64,000 bases of DNA. Source: Hydrolagus colliei (Eukaryota). The stretch spans positions 60,760,001 through 60,824,000 of the forward strand of contig CM068743.1 of NCBI GenBank assembly GCA_035084275.1. Direction: 5' to 3'. Below, in pieces: positions 1 through 12,640 of this stretch; positions within the stretch are counted from its first letter, which is position 1; each line of letters starts with the position of its first letter. The notes below the pieces were generated by a model. That model searched no databases and had not been told where the DNA came from. It was given only the letters and a program-made list of their open reading frames with translations. Both the position numbers and the translations under genes were made by a program.

Positions 1-350
1 ACTCCAGGCCAGGACAGAAGGAGGTGACTGGAAGTACAATCAAAAAGGGTCTTTATGCAGGACTTGAAAGCGGTCAGGGAGGGGGCAAGACAGACGGATT
101 GAGGGAGAGAGTTCCAGCGCTTTAGGGTGCAGTGGCTGAAAACACGGCTGCTGATCGTTGAGCAGAGGGACGAGGGGCTAAGCGCTCTGAGACGCTGTCC
201 GGCGTGGAGGATGCTATATAAATCAAAGTTGCTGTTGTTGTTGTTGTTGTGAACAGAAGGCTGTAGCCAGTTGAGCAGAGGCAGCAGGTGGTCGAGTAGG
301 AGGTAAGCAAATTGGATAGGTAAGAAGGTGCGAGGGCATGAAGGGATTTG
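1..350. mobile_element. L2 LINE fragments (minus) with an inserted plus-strand L2-type tail ending in (GTT)n
   Basis: ORF 122..376(-) contains FKSLHALAPSYLSNLL, typical of the L2 ORF2 C-terminus. The tail AGCGCTCTGAGA...TATATAAAT..(GTT)n lies at about 180-250. Confidence 0.75.
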
Positions 351-848
351 AAGAATCCCTCTGCAATCCCTTTCACTGTTTACCATATTCCTAGTTTGAC
401 ACCTTCTTCAAATTTTAACACCACACCTACTACATCTGGTTTATTTGTGTGCCATGTTATCTGCTAACACTCAACGTAAATTTAAACTGGCTGCTTAACG
501 ATCATGAATATTTTGGTTCAGTGTATATATCTTATAATGCCATCTACATTGCAACATGATTTGATTCTGAACTGTGCTGTTAGTAATTGAGCTTATGATT
601 TAGTTTTGACCTCTTGCATGAAATGAGCATGGACTCATTATTCTTCAGGAAACAGCTGCTGTAAAGCATGATGAGGCACAAAAAACTGTCCCATGTTTCC
701 AGGAAGTCCCAAATGGGTGTTCCTGGATCAAGATCAACCTTTTGTCCTTCACGGAAACAGTGTTATGAAAGTTTGATGGTCTTCTGCATTGTTTCAACAC
801 CTTCCGAAGCAAAGCGACTGAGTGTAATTATGGGATCCAGTTACTCAC

Positions 849-897
849 ATGATGTTCCTCCTTTTGAAGCAATAACAGCAGCCAACTCCTTCTTCAC
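849..897 (-). CDS. RAPGEF5: RAPGEF5-like coding exon 7 (VKKELAAVIASKGGTS)
   Basis: Acceptor atgatag|, donor |GTGAGT, 49 nt, phase 0-1. Matches recalled RAPGEF5 VQRELAAVIALKARKS. The gene continues beyond position 1. Confidence 0.9.
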
Positions 898-1664
898 CTA
901 TCATTCAAACAAATACCAACAATGAGAACGATTCTATACTTTCATCTCAATAAGATGCAACAGTGCAGACATTCCATCTGGGTTTAGATTTATTCTACTT
1001 TCAAATTCTCAATTTTCAAGCCAATTTTTCTGATTTGTTTTGCAAATATGCTCACCTCTTCCTTTTGTCTACAAAATATATAACCACTGCATTTTACAGT
1101 AAATCTCATGAAATCACATTGAGATATCCTCCCTATGTGAAAGATGCTATCTGCAATGCAAGATTTTTTTATTATTAAAGCACTGACTGTAGCTGATCCT
1201 CAGAGCTCCCCCACTCTCCCCCCAACCCCCAATCATAGCAATCATCAGAATTCAAAAGTCAAGCTAAATGTTCTCCTCTCTAACCTGCGGCATTGAGGCT
1301 ATTGTAGCATTCCAACTCTTCCCCCAGTTGAGATCAGTGAACTTAACAACCAACAAACTTCTGGTCAGTTGGGATGATTTCATTGCACATTAGGACCAGC
1401 AGCAATGGCAAAAACAAATTGAGATTTTACGATGGCAGATTTTACCAGGTGAAGCAAATGGTACTTCTGCACCTTGGGACATTCTCCTGACGTGAAAGGA
1501 GTTATATAAATGTAAAGTGGTTGATGCATTCATTAAAGGTAGAGTTGGACAGCATTTTTTGTGCTTCAGGCCAAAGTGTTTAACTTTTGAAGCTATTGCT
1601 TCTCAATATGTTTTAAGATACAGCTTTTAAAATGTTATTATGGTTGGTGCTGCAAACCATAATC

Positions 1665-1835
1665 TACTCCTCCCTGGCCTCCTTCAAGTCTCTCCTCAAG
1701 ACTCTCCTCTTCGATGGACCCATCAGCAACTTCCACCCCCCTGTCTTCAGCTCGGGTCTGAAGCAGTATCTGTCCAGCGCCTTGGGACGTCCTTCTGATG
1801 AGAAAGGTGCTATACAAATGTAATTTTGTTGTTGT
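1665..1835 (+). mobile_element. L2 3' end fragment
   Basis: SLASFKSLLKTLLFD C-terminus, then the AGCGCCTTGGGACGTCC...AAATGTAATTTT(GTT)n tail. Confidence 0.85.
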
Positions 1836-2774
1836 TCTACTGTAATTCCCCCTAACCTATCCCTGTATGCACACTTCTGATTCCAACTGAGACACTGATT
1901 GAACAGTATGGACCACTTTACAATATAATTGATGTAGGCAATTGTCACTCTGAGTCAGTAATATAAAGCAGTGTGGTGTAAACTGCAATATTTAAAAACA
2001 GATTTGATATTTTAGAATGTGTTAATAAATGCGTTATGAGACAATGCATTTTCCATTTAGTTCACACTGTTAATGTGACATGTATGTATGGGTGTCATTG
2101 ATACTTATGGGGATTTGGGCTTAATTCAATCGGGATCCCATGAAATTATACTGAATTGCAGCTTCCAGGGCGATGAGGAACAAGAATAATAATAATAATC
2201 TTTGCATTTGATGCAGTGCCTTCTTACTTCATCAAGAACCCACAACCTTAGAGGCGAGAGCGCTACCACTGAACCAGGCCGAGACACATAATAAAAATAA
2301 ATTCATAATCTGCACTTGTTAGCAAGAACCCAAGATAGTGGTGACAAATATTTTGAAATCAACTTTGGATGGAACTATTGTGCAAACATTTGGGGGATGG
2401 AGTTCACACAATCATTAGGAATAGATGGAAAAACTGCAATGTTTCATAATGGATTTGATTACACGTTACACAGTTTCATTTTGAGTTCAGCTGTGCAGTC
2501 GATGAAAAGTCATCATTACAGGATTGCAAAATTTATCAGAATCCATCACTGTCATTACCTAAATGGTTCCAGATTGTCCCCGTGTGCTTTCTGCCTTATG
2601 TGGCACCGTAACCTCAGATTACTGTGTTGCCCTTCAGCATTTAGATCATACCCAGGAAACCCAATTCATTTTTTTCCTGAACCGTAATAACCAAGTGACA
2701 TATTCTAATTGATGGATAAAATGTAAAACATCAAGCTTCCACAGCGATAAAAGCTTCTTTCCTCCTTCCTTTAC

Positions 2775-2859
2775 CGTTGCTGATAAGAGAGCCAAGGCTT
2801 GAAGCTGGAGAACTTCATCACACGGCACTGCTTTCTCATCTTCTGATTCTTGCTCTGAT
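2775..2859 (-). CDS. RAPGEF5: RAPGEF5-like coding exon 6 (SEQESEDEKAVPCDEVLQLQALALLSAT)
   Basis: Acceptor tctttcag|, donor ACG|GTAAAG, 85 nt, phase 2-0. It bridges the phases of exons 5 and 7 exactly. Confidence 0.85.
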
Positions 2860-3071
2860 CTGAAAGATATAGTTAATGGAAAATTCATCAACTTCATTCA
2901 ATGTTTATTTTGATTGTAACACCACTGAAATCCTTTGTTTTCTTTGAACACAGAGTATATTTGTATGTGATTCATATTACTCTCCCAGAAATCCACTGGT
3001 CAGAGACAAATTTTATATTATTTTTTAAAAGTTTGTTACAGTTTAAGGATTCCAAGGCAGCTCTAATGTGT

Positions 3072-4689
3072 AGAACATAAGAATTATGAGCAGGAGTAGG
3101 CCATTCGGCCCCTCAAGCCTGCCCTGCCCATTCAATAAGATTATGGCTGATCTTCTATTCTAACTCCATCCACCCACCTTATCCCCATATCCCTTAATCC
3201 CTTTGTCCACAAGAAATCTATCAATCTCAGTCTTGAATGTGTTCAAGGACTGAGCATCTATAGCCCTTTGGGGTAGAGAATTCAATAAATTCACTACCCT
3301 CTGAGTGAAGAAGTTTTTTCTCAACTCAGTGTGAAAGAGCTCACCCCTAATTTTAAGAATACGATCCCTGGTTATAGTTTCTCCAACCAGGGGAAATAGT
3401 CTCCCACTAGTTATTCTGTTGTGCCCCTTAATAATCTTATAGGATTCTATAAGATCACCTCTAATTCTTCTATATTCTAGCGAATATAGGTCTAGATTGT
3501 TCAACCTATCCACATAACTCATCCCCCTCATCCCAAGTACCAATCTAGTGAATCTACGCTGTACCCCTCCAAGGCGAGTATATCCTTTCTTAAATAAGGA
3601 AACCAAAACTGCACACAATATTCCAGGTGCAGTCTCACCACGGCCCTATACAGCTGCAGCAAGACTTCCCTACTCTTATATTCTAACCCTTTTACAATGA
3701 ACGTCAACATACCATTAGCTTCCTAATTGCTTGCTATACTTGCAGACTAACTTTTTGTGACTGGTGTACAAGGACACCCAAGTCCCTCTAAACGCTAACA
3801 TGATTTAGTCTCTCCCCTTCTAAAAAGTAATCTGCTCTACTGTTTTTACCACCTAGGTGGTTGACTTCACATTTCCCTATATTATACTTCATCTACCACC
3901 TACTTGCCCACTCACTCAGCCTATCTATATCGCGCTGCATTTTTAAAACGTCATCCTTGGTGTTTACTCTCCCTCCTAATTTATTGTCATCCGTGAATTT
4001 GGATATTTTAAGTTTGATGTCCTCACCTAGATTGTTGATGTAGATTGTAAATAATTGAGGCCCAAGCACTGATCCTTGTGGCACTCCACTAGTCATATCC
4101 TGCCAATCTGAGAAGGACCCGTTTATCCCTACTCTTTGTTTCCTTCCCATTAGCCATTCCTCAATCCATGTTAATATATTTCCCCCAATTCCATGGGCCC
4201 CTATCTTTTGGATCAACCTTTTGTGTGGCACCTTATCAAATGCCTTTTGGAAATCCAAATACACTACATCCACTGATTCCCTCCTATCAAATCTGCTTGA
4301 TATATCCTCAAAAAAATCTAAAAGGTTTGTCAAGCATGACATCCGTTTTGTAAAGCCATGTTGACTTTGTCAAATTATATTGTGATCCTCTAAGTACCCC
4401 ACTGCGACATCCTTAATTAAGGATTCTAGAATTTTCCTACCACCAATGTCAGACTAACTGGTCCATAATTCCCAATTTTTTCTTTCCCACCCTTCTTAAA
4501 TAGTGGTGTGATGTTTGCCATCTTCCAATCCATGGGAACCTTTCCAGAATCCAAGGAATTTTGGAAGATCAGACTCAAGGCCTCCACTATCTCATGAGCC
4601 ACTTCCTTTAAGATCCTAGGATGCAAACCATCAGGTCCAGGGCACTTGTCACTTTTTAGTGCTAACAATTTCCCTAGTATCAATTCCTT
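3072..4689 (-). mobile_element. CR1 LINE, 5'-truncated, frameshifted ORF2 (RT and C-terminus)
   Basis: Motifs PGPDGLHP, YLDFQKAFDKVPH, GVPQGSVLGP, FTDD and RRIRGDLIE, plus the TTCTTATGTTCT-type tail. Confidence 0.97.
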
Positions 4690-5779
4690 GTAGTTTAGTT
4701 ACATGGATGAACAAGCATTTTCTGATCCAGATATCTTTTTAAAGCGATAATAGGCTGAAAGTGCACTGTTTCATTTAGCGGTGTGTTAGATCTGGAAAAA
4801 ACATAATATAATTTGATAATTGTCAGTTTGATCATCTTTGCTAACCTATTCCACCTTCTAACATGTAGTTAAAGACAACATGTCATATTGAACAATAAAA
4901 AAAATCAGCAATGCTTTCAGAGATAGTGCTTATCTTAGTTAAACAGCGAACTGCTAATCTTCAGCAAGAGTTGCAAACAAATTTGGATGGTCACTCTGAT
5001 TTCGACAACTTTATAGTAGCTGTGACTGCTATGCTCATCTTCTATGTTCCTGGCTTTTTTCTAGATATCTGCAGGAATCACTTAAGCCAGTTTTAACTTC
5101 CTATGTTCCCATGTATCGCATGCCTCCCACATCTAAAGCACTTTGAGACGTCGATAAGACGTGGAAAGCACTATATAAATGTAAGGATTATTATTATTAT
5201 TATTATTATCGCTCACGTCTGGCTGAATTATGCAAATTAAGTAGGACTGGAGTCAGCTCATTAGAACTATTTTCCTTGTTCCTGTGAGGCGTGCAGAAAG
5301 CACTGCTTTGATTGTTTAATAAATAGAGCTATGCTCTCCGGAGCCTTGGCATTTTATATATCCTCACAAAGACATCAGCTTCCCTAAGTAGAGAAGCACT
5401 CCATGCTATGAATCTGCAGTTAATTTGCATTGTTAAATATTTCATGAGTCATATTTTTACTCATTACTGAAGATCTCAGCTTTCCCGCATTTTGCCTCAG
5501 CCGCCACGCTCTTGGAAAAAAGCTAAAAGTGAAGGAAGTCTGTAGAGCTGGCCATTAATACTAAAAACTATCCATTTAATTAATGGATTACAGTACTATC
5601 TTTTATTGGCATACTTACATTCTTACTCGCGCTTTCTTTCTCTAATAATTGCGATACATACAGTGCAATCCAGCTTATGTTGTATATTGATTTAAATGAC
5701 AGTGGTTACAGTCTGAAAGATATGTTGTTGGTTCAGCGTTCCTGCCAAATATAATCTAAAACACCACAAGATCACGAGA

Positions 5780-6000
5780 CTTTCAGATTAAGACATCCAG
5801 TTAGCCTCATCCTTCCAAAATACCCACCTTACTATCTATTAATCTATTTCTTAAATTTAAGATCCAAGTAGAGTATACTTGGCCACAACACTTTCAATCC
5901 ATTCCAGTTATTATTTATTCTCTGTGCAAGGAATGACTTCCTGGTGTCTTTCCTCAAACTGCCTTTGCAACCTTGAACCTTACTTACTTGTTCTACTGTC
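5780..6000 (-). mobile_element. Old CR1 3' fragment
   Basis: RKDTRKSFLAQRINNNWNGL resembles the CR1 C-terminal RKxFFxQRVxNxWNxL motif. Confidence 0.6.
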
Positions 6001-7299
6001 TCAGCATTCTGCAATATGCTCTGTGATTGAGCAATCCTGCTGCACACTTAGAAGTTCTAATTGATAGCATTTCTTAAGGGAATTTGTTAATAAGGAATCT
6101 AAATCTCACAAATAGGGACTCCTTCCATTAACCAGAAGTATGTCACAACAACCCCAGGGAATGTTTTTCCGACAATATCTATTTCCGGAGGAGACTTTCC
6201 GCTGGATCAGGGAAATTCCCTATTAAGGAATCCTATTGAGGGTAAAGTGGTTCAGCAGAGAACAGGGCATTTGTGGCTATAAAACAGTCCCTTAAAAGCT
6301 TATCTATTAGACCACACAAGAGCCTGCAAAGACCCATTGGTGAGCAGAATACTTGCTCACACTATTTGCGCAGTGATGGAATGTGTGACTGGGAGGGTAA
6401 TGATTCTCACATTTACATGGTTATGTGCATATCTCTCTCTCATTCACTCCTGAAACCACTGCCTCCAGGTGTCTTCATCAATGGAGTTTCAGTGCGATTT
6501 GTGCTATTCCTACCCCCAATTTATACTGTACATTTCTCATTAGGAATATTGGATTCTTAGTGCAGCATTTTTCTGGAAAATAGCATTCAAGTTGGTGTAA
6601 CATCTGCAGATTTTGGAAATCCTAAAGTATTCTTTAATTAGGAAATTGTCTGTACCCACTGCAGGGGCCAAGGCCCATAATGGGGTTTAACTCTCACTTT
6701 ATCATTTCTAAATGATCAAATAGGATTTAATGAAGGTGGGAATCCCATTACCTCTACACCATGGTTAATACAAAGGCATACATGGAGCCATATTCATGTT
6801 CTAACTCACAACTTTCGATGGACAGTTAGTAGATCACTGGCTTTAACTCTGGGGTTATTATTCAGTATAACCACAATTCCACATATGTGTATATTTCCTA
6901 ATCAATGTACAGTATTATGAATTTTGAAATTTACAGGCAAGTTATACGTGACGTGCGCTGTCTTATGGTTTACCAACAACAACAAATTACATTTATAGAG
7001 CGCCTTTCACATCGGGAGGACGTCCCAAGGCGCTGAAACAAATAGTTACAAATAGATTGACATCCTTTTATTGCTTTGTCAGATCACCAGCCACAGTTAT
7101 CAACACTAAAGTAATTGTCTCATGCAGTGTCCTAGAATAAACAGATAGAACATTACAGTTGTTTTAAGGGCACTAAGAAATCATAAAATTGAGGATATAG
7201 AATTGCTAACAACAAATTACATTTGTGTAGCTCCTTTCATTTCAGGAGGATGTTGCAAGTTGCTGGACAGGGATCTGGACCCAAGCTGGGAGTTGGGGT

Positions 7300-8620
7300 C
7301 ATCACCGCATCCTTAAACAACCATCCCTGGACCCATCCTTGCTCTCCAACTACTGCCCCATCTCCAACCTCCCTTTCCATTCCAAGGGCCTGAAACGAGT
7401 CTTTGTTTCCCAAGTCCAATACATCCTATCCCGCCACTCCCTCTACAATCCCCTCCAATCATGTTTCCATGTTTTTACCCCATGTCTGCGGATGATATCA
7501 CCAAGGGGGAGCATGTAGATATTGACGAGGAGGGGACCAAGCACAGAAACAGCCCTGGTCAAAGTAACAAATGACAGTTTGTCCAACTGTGACAAGGTTT
7601 TCCTATGTCTTTTTGTCCTCCTCGACCTCCCTGCCGCCTTAGACATTGTATCTAAAATATTGTGTGCAGTTTTGGTCTCCTTTTTTAAGAAAGGATATAT
7701 TCACCTTAGAGGGGATGCAATGAAGATTCACTAGGTTGGTTCCTGGGATGAGGGGATTGACCTATGAGAATAGGTTAAGTAAACTAGGCCTATGTTCTCT
7801 AGAATATAGAAGAATTAGAGGTGATCTTATAGAAACCTATTAGATTCTTAAGGGGATTGACAGAATAAACAGTGTGAAACTGTTTCCCCTGGTTGGAGAA
7901 TCTAAAACAAGGGGGGCATAGTCTCAAAATTAAGGGTCAGCCTTTTTGAACAGAGTTGAGGAAACATTTCTTCACTCGGTGGATAGTGAATTTATGGAAT
8001 TCTCTATTACAGAAGGCTGTGGATACTCAGTTCTTGAACATATTCAAGACTGAGATTGATAGATTTCTTATGGATAGAGGGATTAAGGGATATGGGGATA
8101 GGGTGGATAAATGGAATTAGGTTAGAAGATCAGCCATGACCTTATTAAATGGCGGGGCAAGCTCGAGGGGCCAAATGGCCTACGCCTGCTCCTATTTCTT
8201 ATGTTCTACCAAACCCCCTCACTAACTCTCCTCTCAGCTCAATCTTTACAGTCCTCCTGCCCTTGCCTTGTTCAAATCTTATCCCTCCCATCGTTTCAAT
8301 TTTATCTACACAAAAGATTTATCCTCCAGCTCCCACACTGTTTTGTGCCGTGTTCCTCAGCACTCTGTTCTTGATACCCTCTGCTTCAATATCTCCTTGG
8401 TAGCATCATCCACAGATATGGGGTCAAATTCCACATGTATGTCGGTGAGACACCCAACTCTGTTTTTCTGCCTCCACCCTTGACTCCAGGAGCACTCTGT
8501 CCTGACAGAATATCTGTCAGACATCAAGATGAGAACTAACTTTCTACTGTTAAACGTCAACAAGACTAAGGCCCTCCTGCTTGGCTCCCATCAGTGCCTC
8601 AGTACTGATAGCATCACCAT
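7300..8620 (+). mobile_element. Degenerate L2 RT fragment interrupted by a CR1 insertion
   Basis: STETALVKVTND...LLDLPAALDIV lies before 7650. GVPQ-like and LNVNKT-like remnants resume after 8207. Confidence 0.8.
7650..8207 (+). mobile_element. CR1 3' end nested in L2
   Basis: Near-identical to the reverse complement of about 3072-3625 and ends in TTCTTATGTTCT. Confidence 0.95.
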
Positions 8621-8849
8621 CCATGAATGAACTCTAACACTGTACAATCGCGTTAAAACAATGAGTGGAGTAGTATGAATGGATAAACAAGCACCTATAA
8701 ACTTTGCATGTCTCAGTTTGTGATGTCTTTGTTGGGAAATGTGGCAGCCATATTTTATGAACAGCAAAGCACCACAAACGGCTTGTTTGAAATCCTAATC
8801 TGTTTTTTTGTGAAACTTTATGTGTCTTCTAGGTAAGAAAATTAACGGT

Positions 8850-9270
8850 AACAAGCCTTGTATTTGATATAGTGTCTGTCACATCCAGAGCATATCTCAA
8901 AGGACCTCATGGGATTTACTATAAAGTGTAAAGTGATGACTGTGTAGGCAAACATAACAAATAATTTGCACACAACAATGTTCTACAATCAATCATGAAG
9001 TGAATGAACATTGTTTTATTTGGGGGAATTGATGACCTCGACCTAGACACCAAAATAAATTTATTTCTTTAACATCTACCTGAACAGGCAGTCGGAACCT
9101 TGGTTTAACATCTCATCCAAAGAACGGCACCTCCCAATGCACCATTTCCCCCATCCAGCAGTATATTAGAGTGTCAGCCCAGACTATATGAGTTCAATGT
9201 ACCAACATAGGGCTTGAACCAATAAACTTCTGACTGAAAGATGAGAGTGCTACCAACTGAGCCAGGTTGA
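8850..9270 (-). mobile_element. Ancient tRNA-derived Deu-domain SINE (SacSINE1/AmnSINE1-related)
   Basis: Head TGGCTCAGTTGGTAGCACTCTCATCTTTCAGTCAGAAG..GGTTCAAG and body GGAGGTGCCGTTCTTTGGATGAGATGTTAAACC. The family name is from recalled consensus. Confidence 0.75.
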
Positions 9271-10620
9271 CATTCTAACTCTAGACGCTTAAATGTCACA
9301 ATTGGTGATAAATAGCATAGTGTTTCAGGGGTCAGCATGGCTCACTTTGTAGCACTCTGGGGTTCCTTCTGGTAGCTAGTATGCACATAGGAATTCCACT
9401 CTGAAAGTAGAGCACTTCAGAGCAGCATTCCTGCACGTCTCTACGATGTCCTTACAGGTCTTCTTGATTAATGAATTCCATTCAATTTTGTTGCATTTTA
9501 GACCCAATTGTTGGAAGATATTATGATGACGCCATCTTGCCCTTCACAGAGGATAATACGCTGAAGTGCTGCACAAGGTGGGATTGAAGAAAGGGAGAAA
9601 GGGGAGGGAGAGTTATCCAAACTCAAAGAGGTAGGTTACTGGTGATCATGGTATTTTAACAGCAACCAAAGGGTTAAAAATGCCAACAGACAAAGGGGAA
9701 TTGGAAAAGGTTGCTTTCAGTTTGCTTTTATATAAGTCACATTAAAAAATAAGTGCTGCACATGGTGTGATTGGAGAAAGGGAGAAAGGGGAGGGAGAGG
9801 TTGGCATAACGCTGGCATTTAATGTAGCACCTAATGTCAAATATCTCAAAAGCACAGATCTCATAAGCGCTCCAAGATGTCACCCGACTTGCAGAATGCT
9901 ATATAAACGCAAGTTATTGTTGTTTCACCATGAGTTACTTTGAAGTGTGGTAATTGTTTACATGGAGGTTATGCATACCTGCCTATTGTAACTGTTCATA
10001 ACAAATTGTTTCACATTTACAAATAAAAGCCTTAATCTGCTTTGCTCTGAAAGGCTGATTACCAGAGTTTTGATTGAGTCGATGCACAATGCACTCCTCA
10101 AGGACAAATGGCAATGTGACTTTCAACAGCATGTTTCAACAATATTTTTAAATAAGGTGAGAGTGACGGCAAAGCGGTTGGAAGAGAGGAAACCCAAACT
10201 CTCTGATCTTTACAGATTGATGCCAAACGACTGTGCAAGAGATCTACAGAGCAGCTCCACGTCCAGGCTGGAGCTGAGAAGCTAATAAAATATAATCTGC
10301 CGAGCAATAAAACGTGAATTGGGGGGAATTCAAGTATCTTTTTAAATATCCACCCAGTTCTTGCCTTCTCCATCACAATTTGTTCAGAGCTTCCTAACCA
10401 GAATGAACAGCAGTATCGTGTCACGTGACAAGTATGTTTGTTTTGGTGTCAACAGACAGATGTTGTCAGACTACTGGCAATCTTGATATGGATGTTGGTT
10501 TTGTCAACATCATCCATTTACAATGATTCTTTATGACCATATTAGTCCCCTCCCTGCTGGTTTCTGTTTTCTGTTTTCTCTTTTGACTTTTTCTCCGTGA
10601 AGCAGTTTCTCTCTATGTAG

Positions 10621-10802
10621 AAAAACACAAAATACTGCAGATGCTGGAAATCTGAAACAGAGCGAGTTAACGTTTTGGGTCCATGACCCTTTGTCAGATC
10701 TTTGTCAGTTCTATCGAAGGGTCCTGGAACTAAAATAGTGACTTGCTTTTCCTTTCTCCATAGATGCTGCCTGACCTGCTGAGTGTTGCCAGCGATTTCT
10801 GT
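10621..10802. mobile_element. Penelope-like terminal-repeat relic, two inverted halves
   Basis: AATACTGCAGATGCTGGAAATCTGAAA and GATGCTGCCTGACCTGCTGAG motifs, with decayed CTGANGA-GGGTC/GACCC-GAAAC cores. Confidence 0.7.
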
Positions 10803-11483
10803 ATCTATGGTCTCTAAATGTGCGTGTGTGTGTATGTGTGTTCTGCATGTGCAAAAAGTGATTACTTCCAGTAAACTCCTTGAAAGTTTTGACAAATTTA
10901 AAAGTGTTTATACTTTCAGTCCCTTTGAAATTGCGCTCAGTTCATGGCAAAATGACCTAAAATGAAAACCACACTATAAAAGTGTCATTAAAGACATATT
11001 TCTTCATGTTGGAGGTATTAAAATACCAGCTCATTGCCCATGCATTGTACTGCACTGATGCCAATGTCAGAAACAATCAGTTCTGTCCCCTGAAGAAATG
11101 CATCTGCTTAAGGCCAATGTAAAATTGCTAATAATAATAATTCTTGCATTTGATATAGTGCTTTGCATGTTTTTCAAACGTCTCAAAGCGCTTCAAAGAG
11201 TATACTGCAAAGTGAATTGACTATGTATATTTTGTAGGCATACATGGAGAAACAGACCAGTTTCATTTGGGGGGTTGTTGGCCTGGACACTGAGTGTCAC
11301 TTTCAAATAGAAAGAAGCAAGAGAAATTCGAAACTCAAACTATTGGATACATGAGGCAGAAGGGAACGGTGATTAAGAGGGGTAGAAACTCATCTGGAGT
11401 ATAAACACCAACATGGATTAGTTGGGTCAAGTGGCCTGTTTCCTTTCTACGTAATTTCATGTAATACTATACTGACATTTATT

Positions 11484-11790
11484 ATAATAATAATAATCTT
11501 TGCATTTGATACAGCGCTTTTCACATCTTCTAGACATCTCAAAGTGCTTCACAGAATATACTGTAAAGTGAATTGACTGTATATTTGTGAGCAAAACACA
11601 GCAGCAATTGTGCACAGCAGTGTCCCACAAACAGTCATGGATTGAAATGACCATTTTTTTTTGAGGGATTATTATTAGGCATGTGGAGTAAGGAAACTTG
11701 CCCAAGGTTTCGCCCTGACCTGCCTGGATTTGAACACAGGTCTCACACTTGTAAGGCGGGTGGTCTAACCACTAAGCTGCAGGACTCCAC
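11484..11790 (-). mobile_element. tRNA-derived SINE, full length
   Basis: A/B-box head, AAACCTTGGGCAAGTTTCCTTACTCCACATGCC body, L2-like tail and (TTA)n. Confidence 0.92.
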
Positions 11791-12359
11791 ATAATGTAGT
11801 GGAGGTGGAGGATGGCAGTCCTGGTCACAGACCGGATGAGTGGGAGGAAGGACAGCTGGGGATTGAATCGAACACCTGGATTGTGCATTGGTTCGCAATA
11901 CAAGGGAGAGGAAGGACATGACAAGACATGGTTTCTTGGTGTAAATTCTGGTATTTATTGCACCCCTGACATCTGGAGGAGGATAACTGTTCAGTGAAGT
12001 ACTGAGATAAAATTGCAACAACTTACTGCTAACAATAAATGAAGCACAAATTAATTACTGGAGAGGTAATTACTTTGGATCATTTATATAATCAAACATT
12101 TTCTGTACTAGATAACTATTATAGCATTACATCACATTACTGCAATATTTGTTGTTGTCTTGTCATATAACAATCATCACACAGTAGTTTACGCGTGGCT
12201 ATACTGCAGAATATAAAGGATCAAGGACAGTAAAAGGCATCACTGCGTAGCTCAGACACTGTTAGTTTGGGTATATTGCAGACAACATTCAGTGGAAGGC
12301 AAGAACAGTGGAACTGGTGGAATTCCACAGAAGTAAAACAACTCAATCCTCTGAACTCT

Positions 12360-12470
12360 TCCCCCAGCAAACCCCCACCTTCCCGCACCCCCCACCCCCC
12401 CCACCCCACCTCCCCCTCTCCGCACCCCCCACCCCTCACTACCACCCAACCACCGCCCACCCACCCGCAC
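12360..12470 (-). repeat. G-run-rich low-complexity tract (C-rich on plus)
   Basis: More than ten runs of at least 3 C on the plus strand. Confidence 0.85.
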
Positions 12471-12494
12471 TCACATGCACAGAAATCCACATAC

Positions 12495-12640
12495 ACAACA
12501 ACAACAACTTGGATTTATATAGCACCCTCCATGCCGGACGGCATCTCAGAGTGCTTCACAATAACGGATCCCGGGATCGAGCCAGGGGCAGGGGTCGAAA
12601 GTGATGAAAGGCTTGGTCGAAGAGAAAGGTCTTTAGCTGA
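12495..12640 (-). mobile_element. Second L2-type 3' end family (CCGGCRTGGAGGG tail)
   Basis: Homologous to 62520-62668(+). Tail-only copies occur at about 19660-19730 and 30180-30235. Confidence 0.75.
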
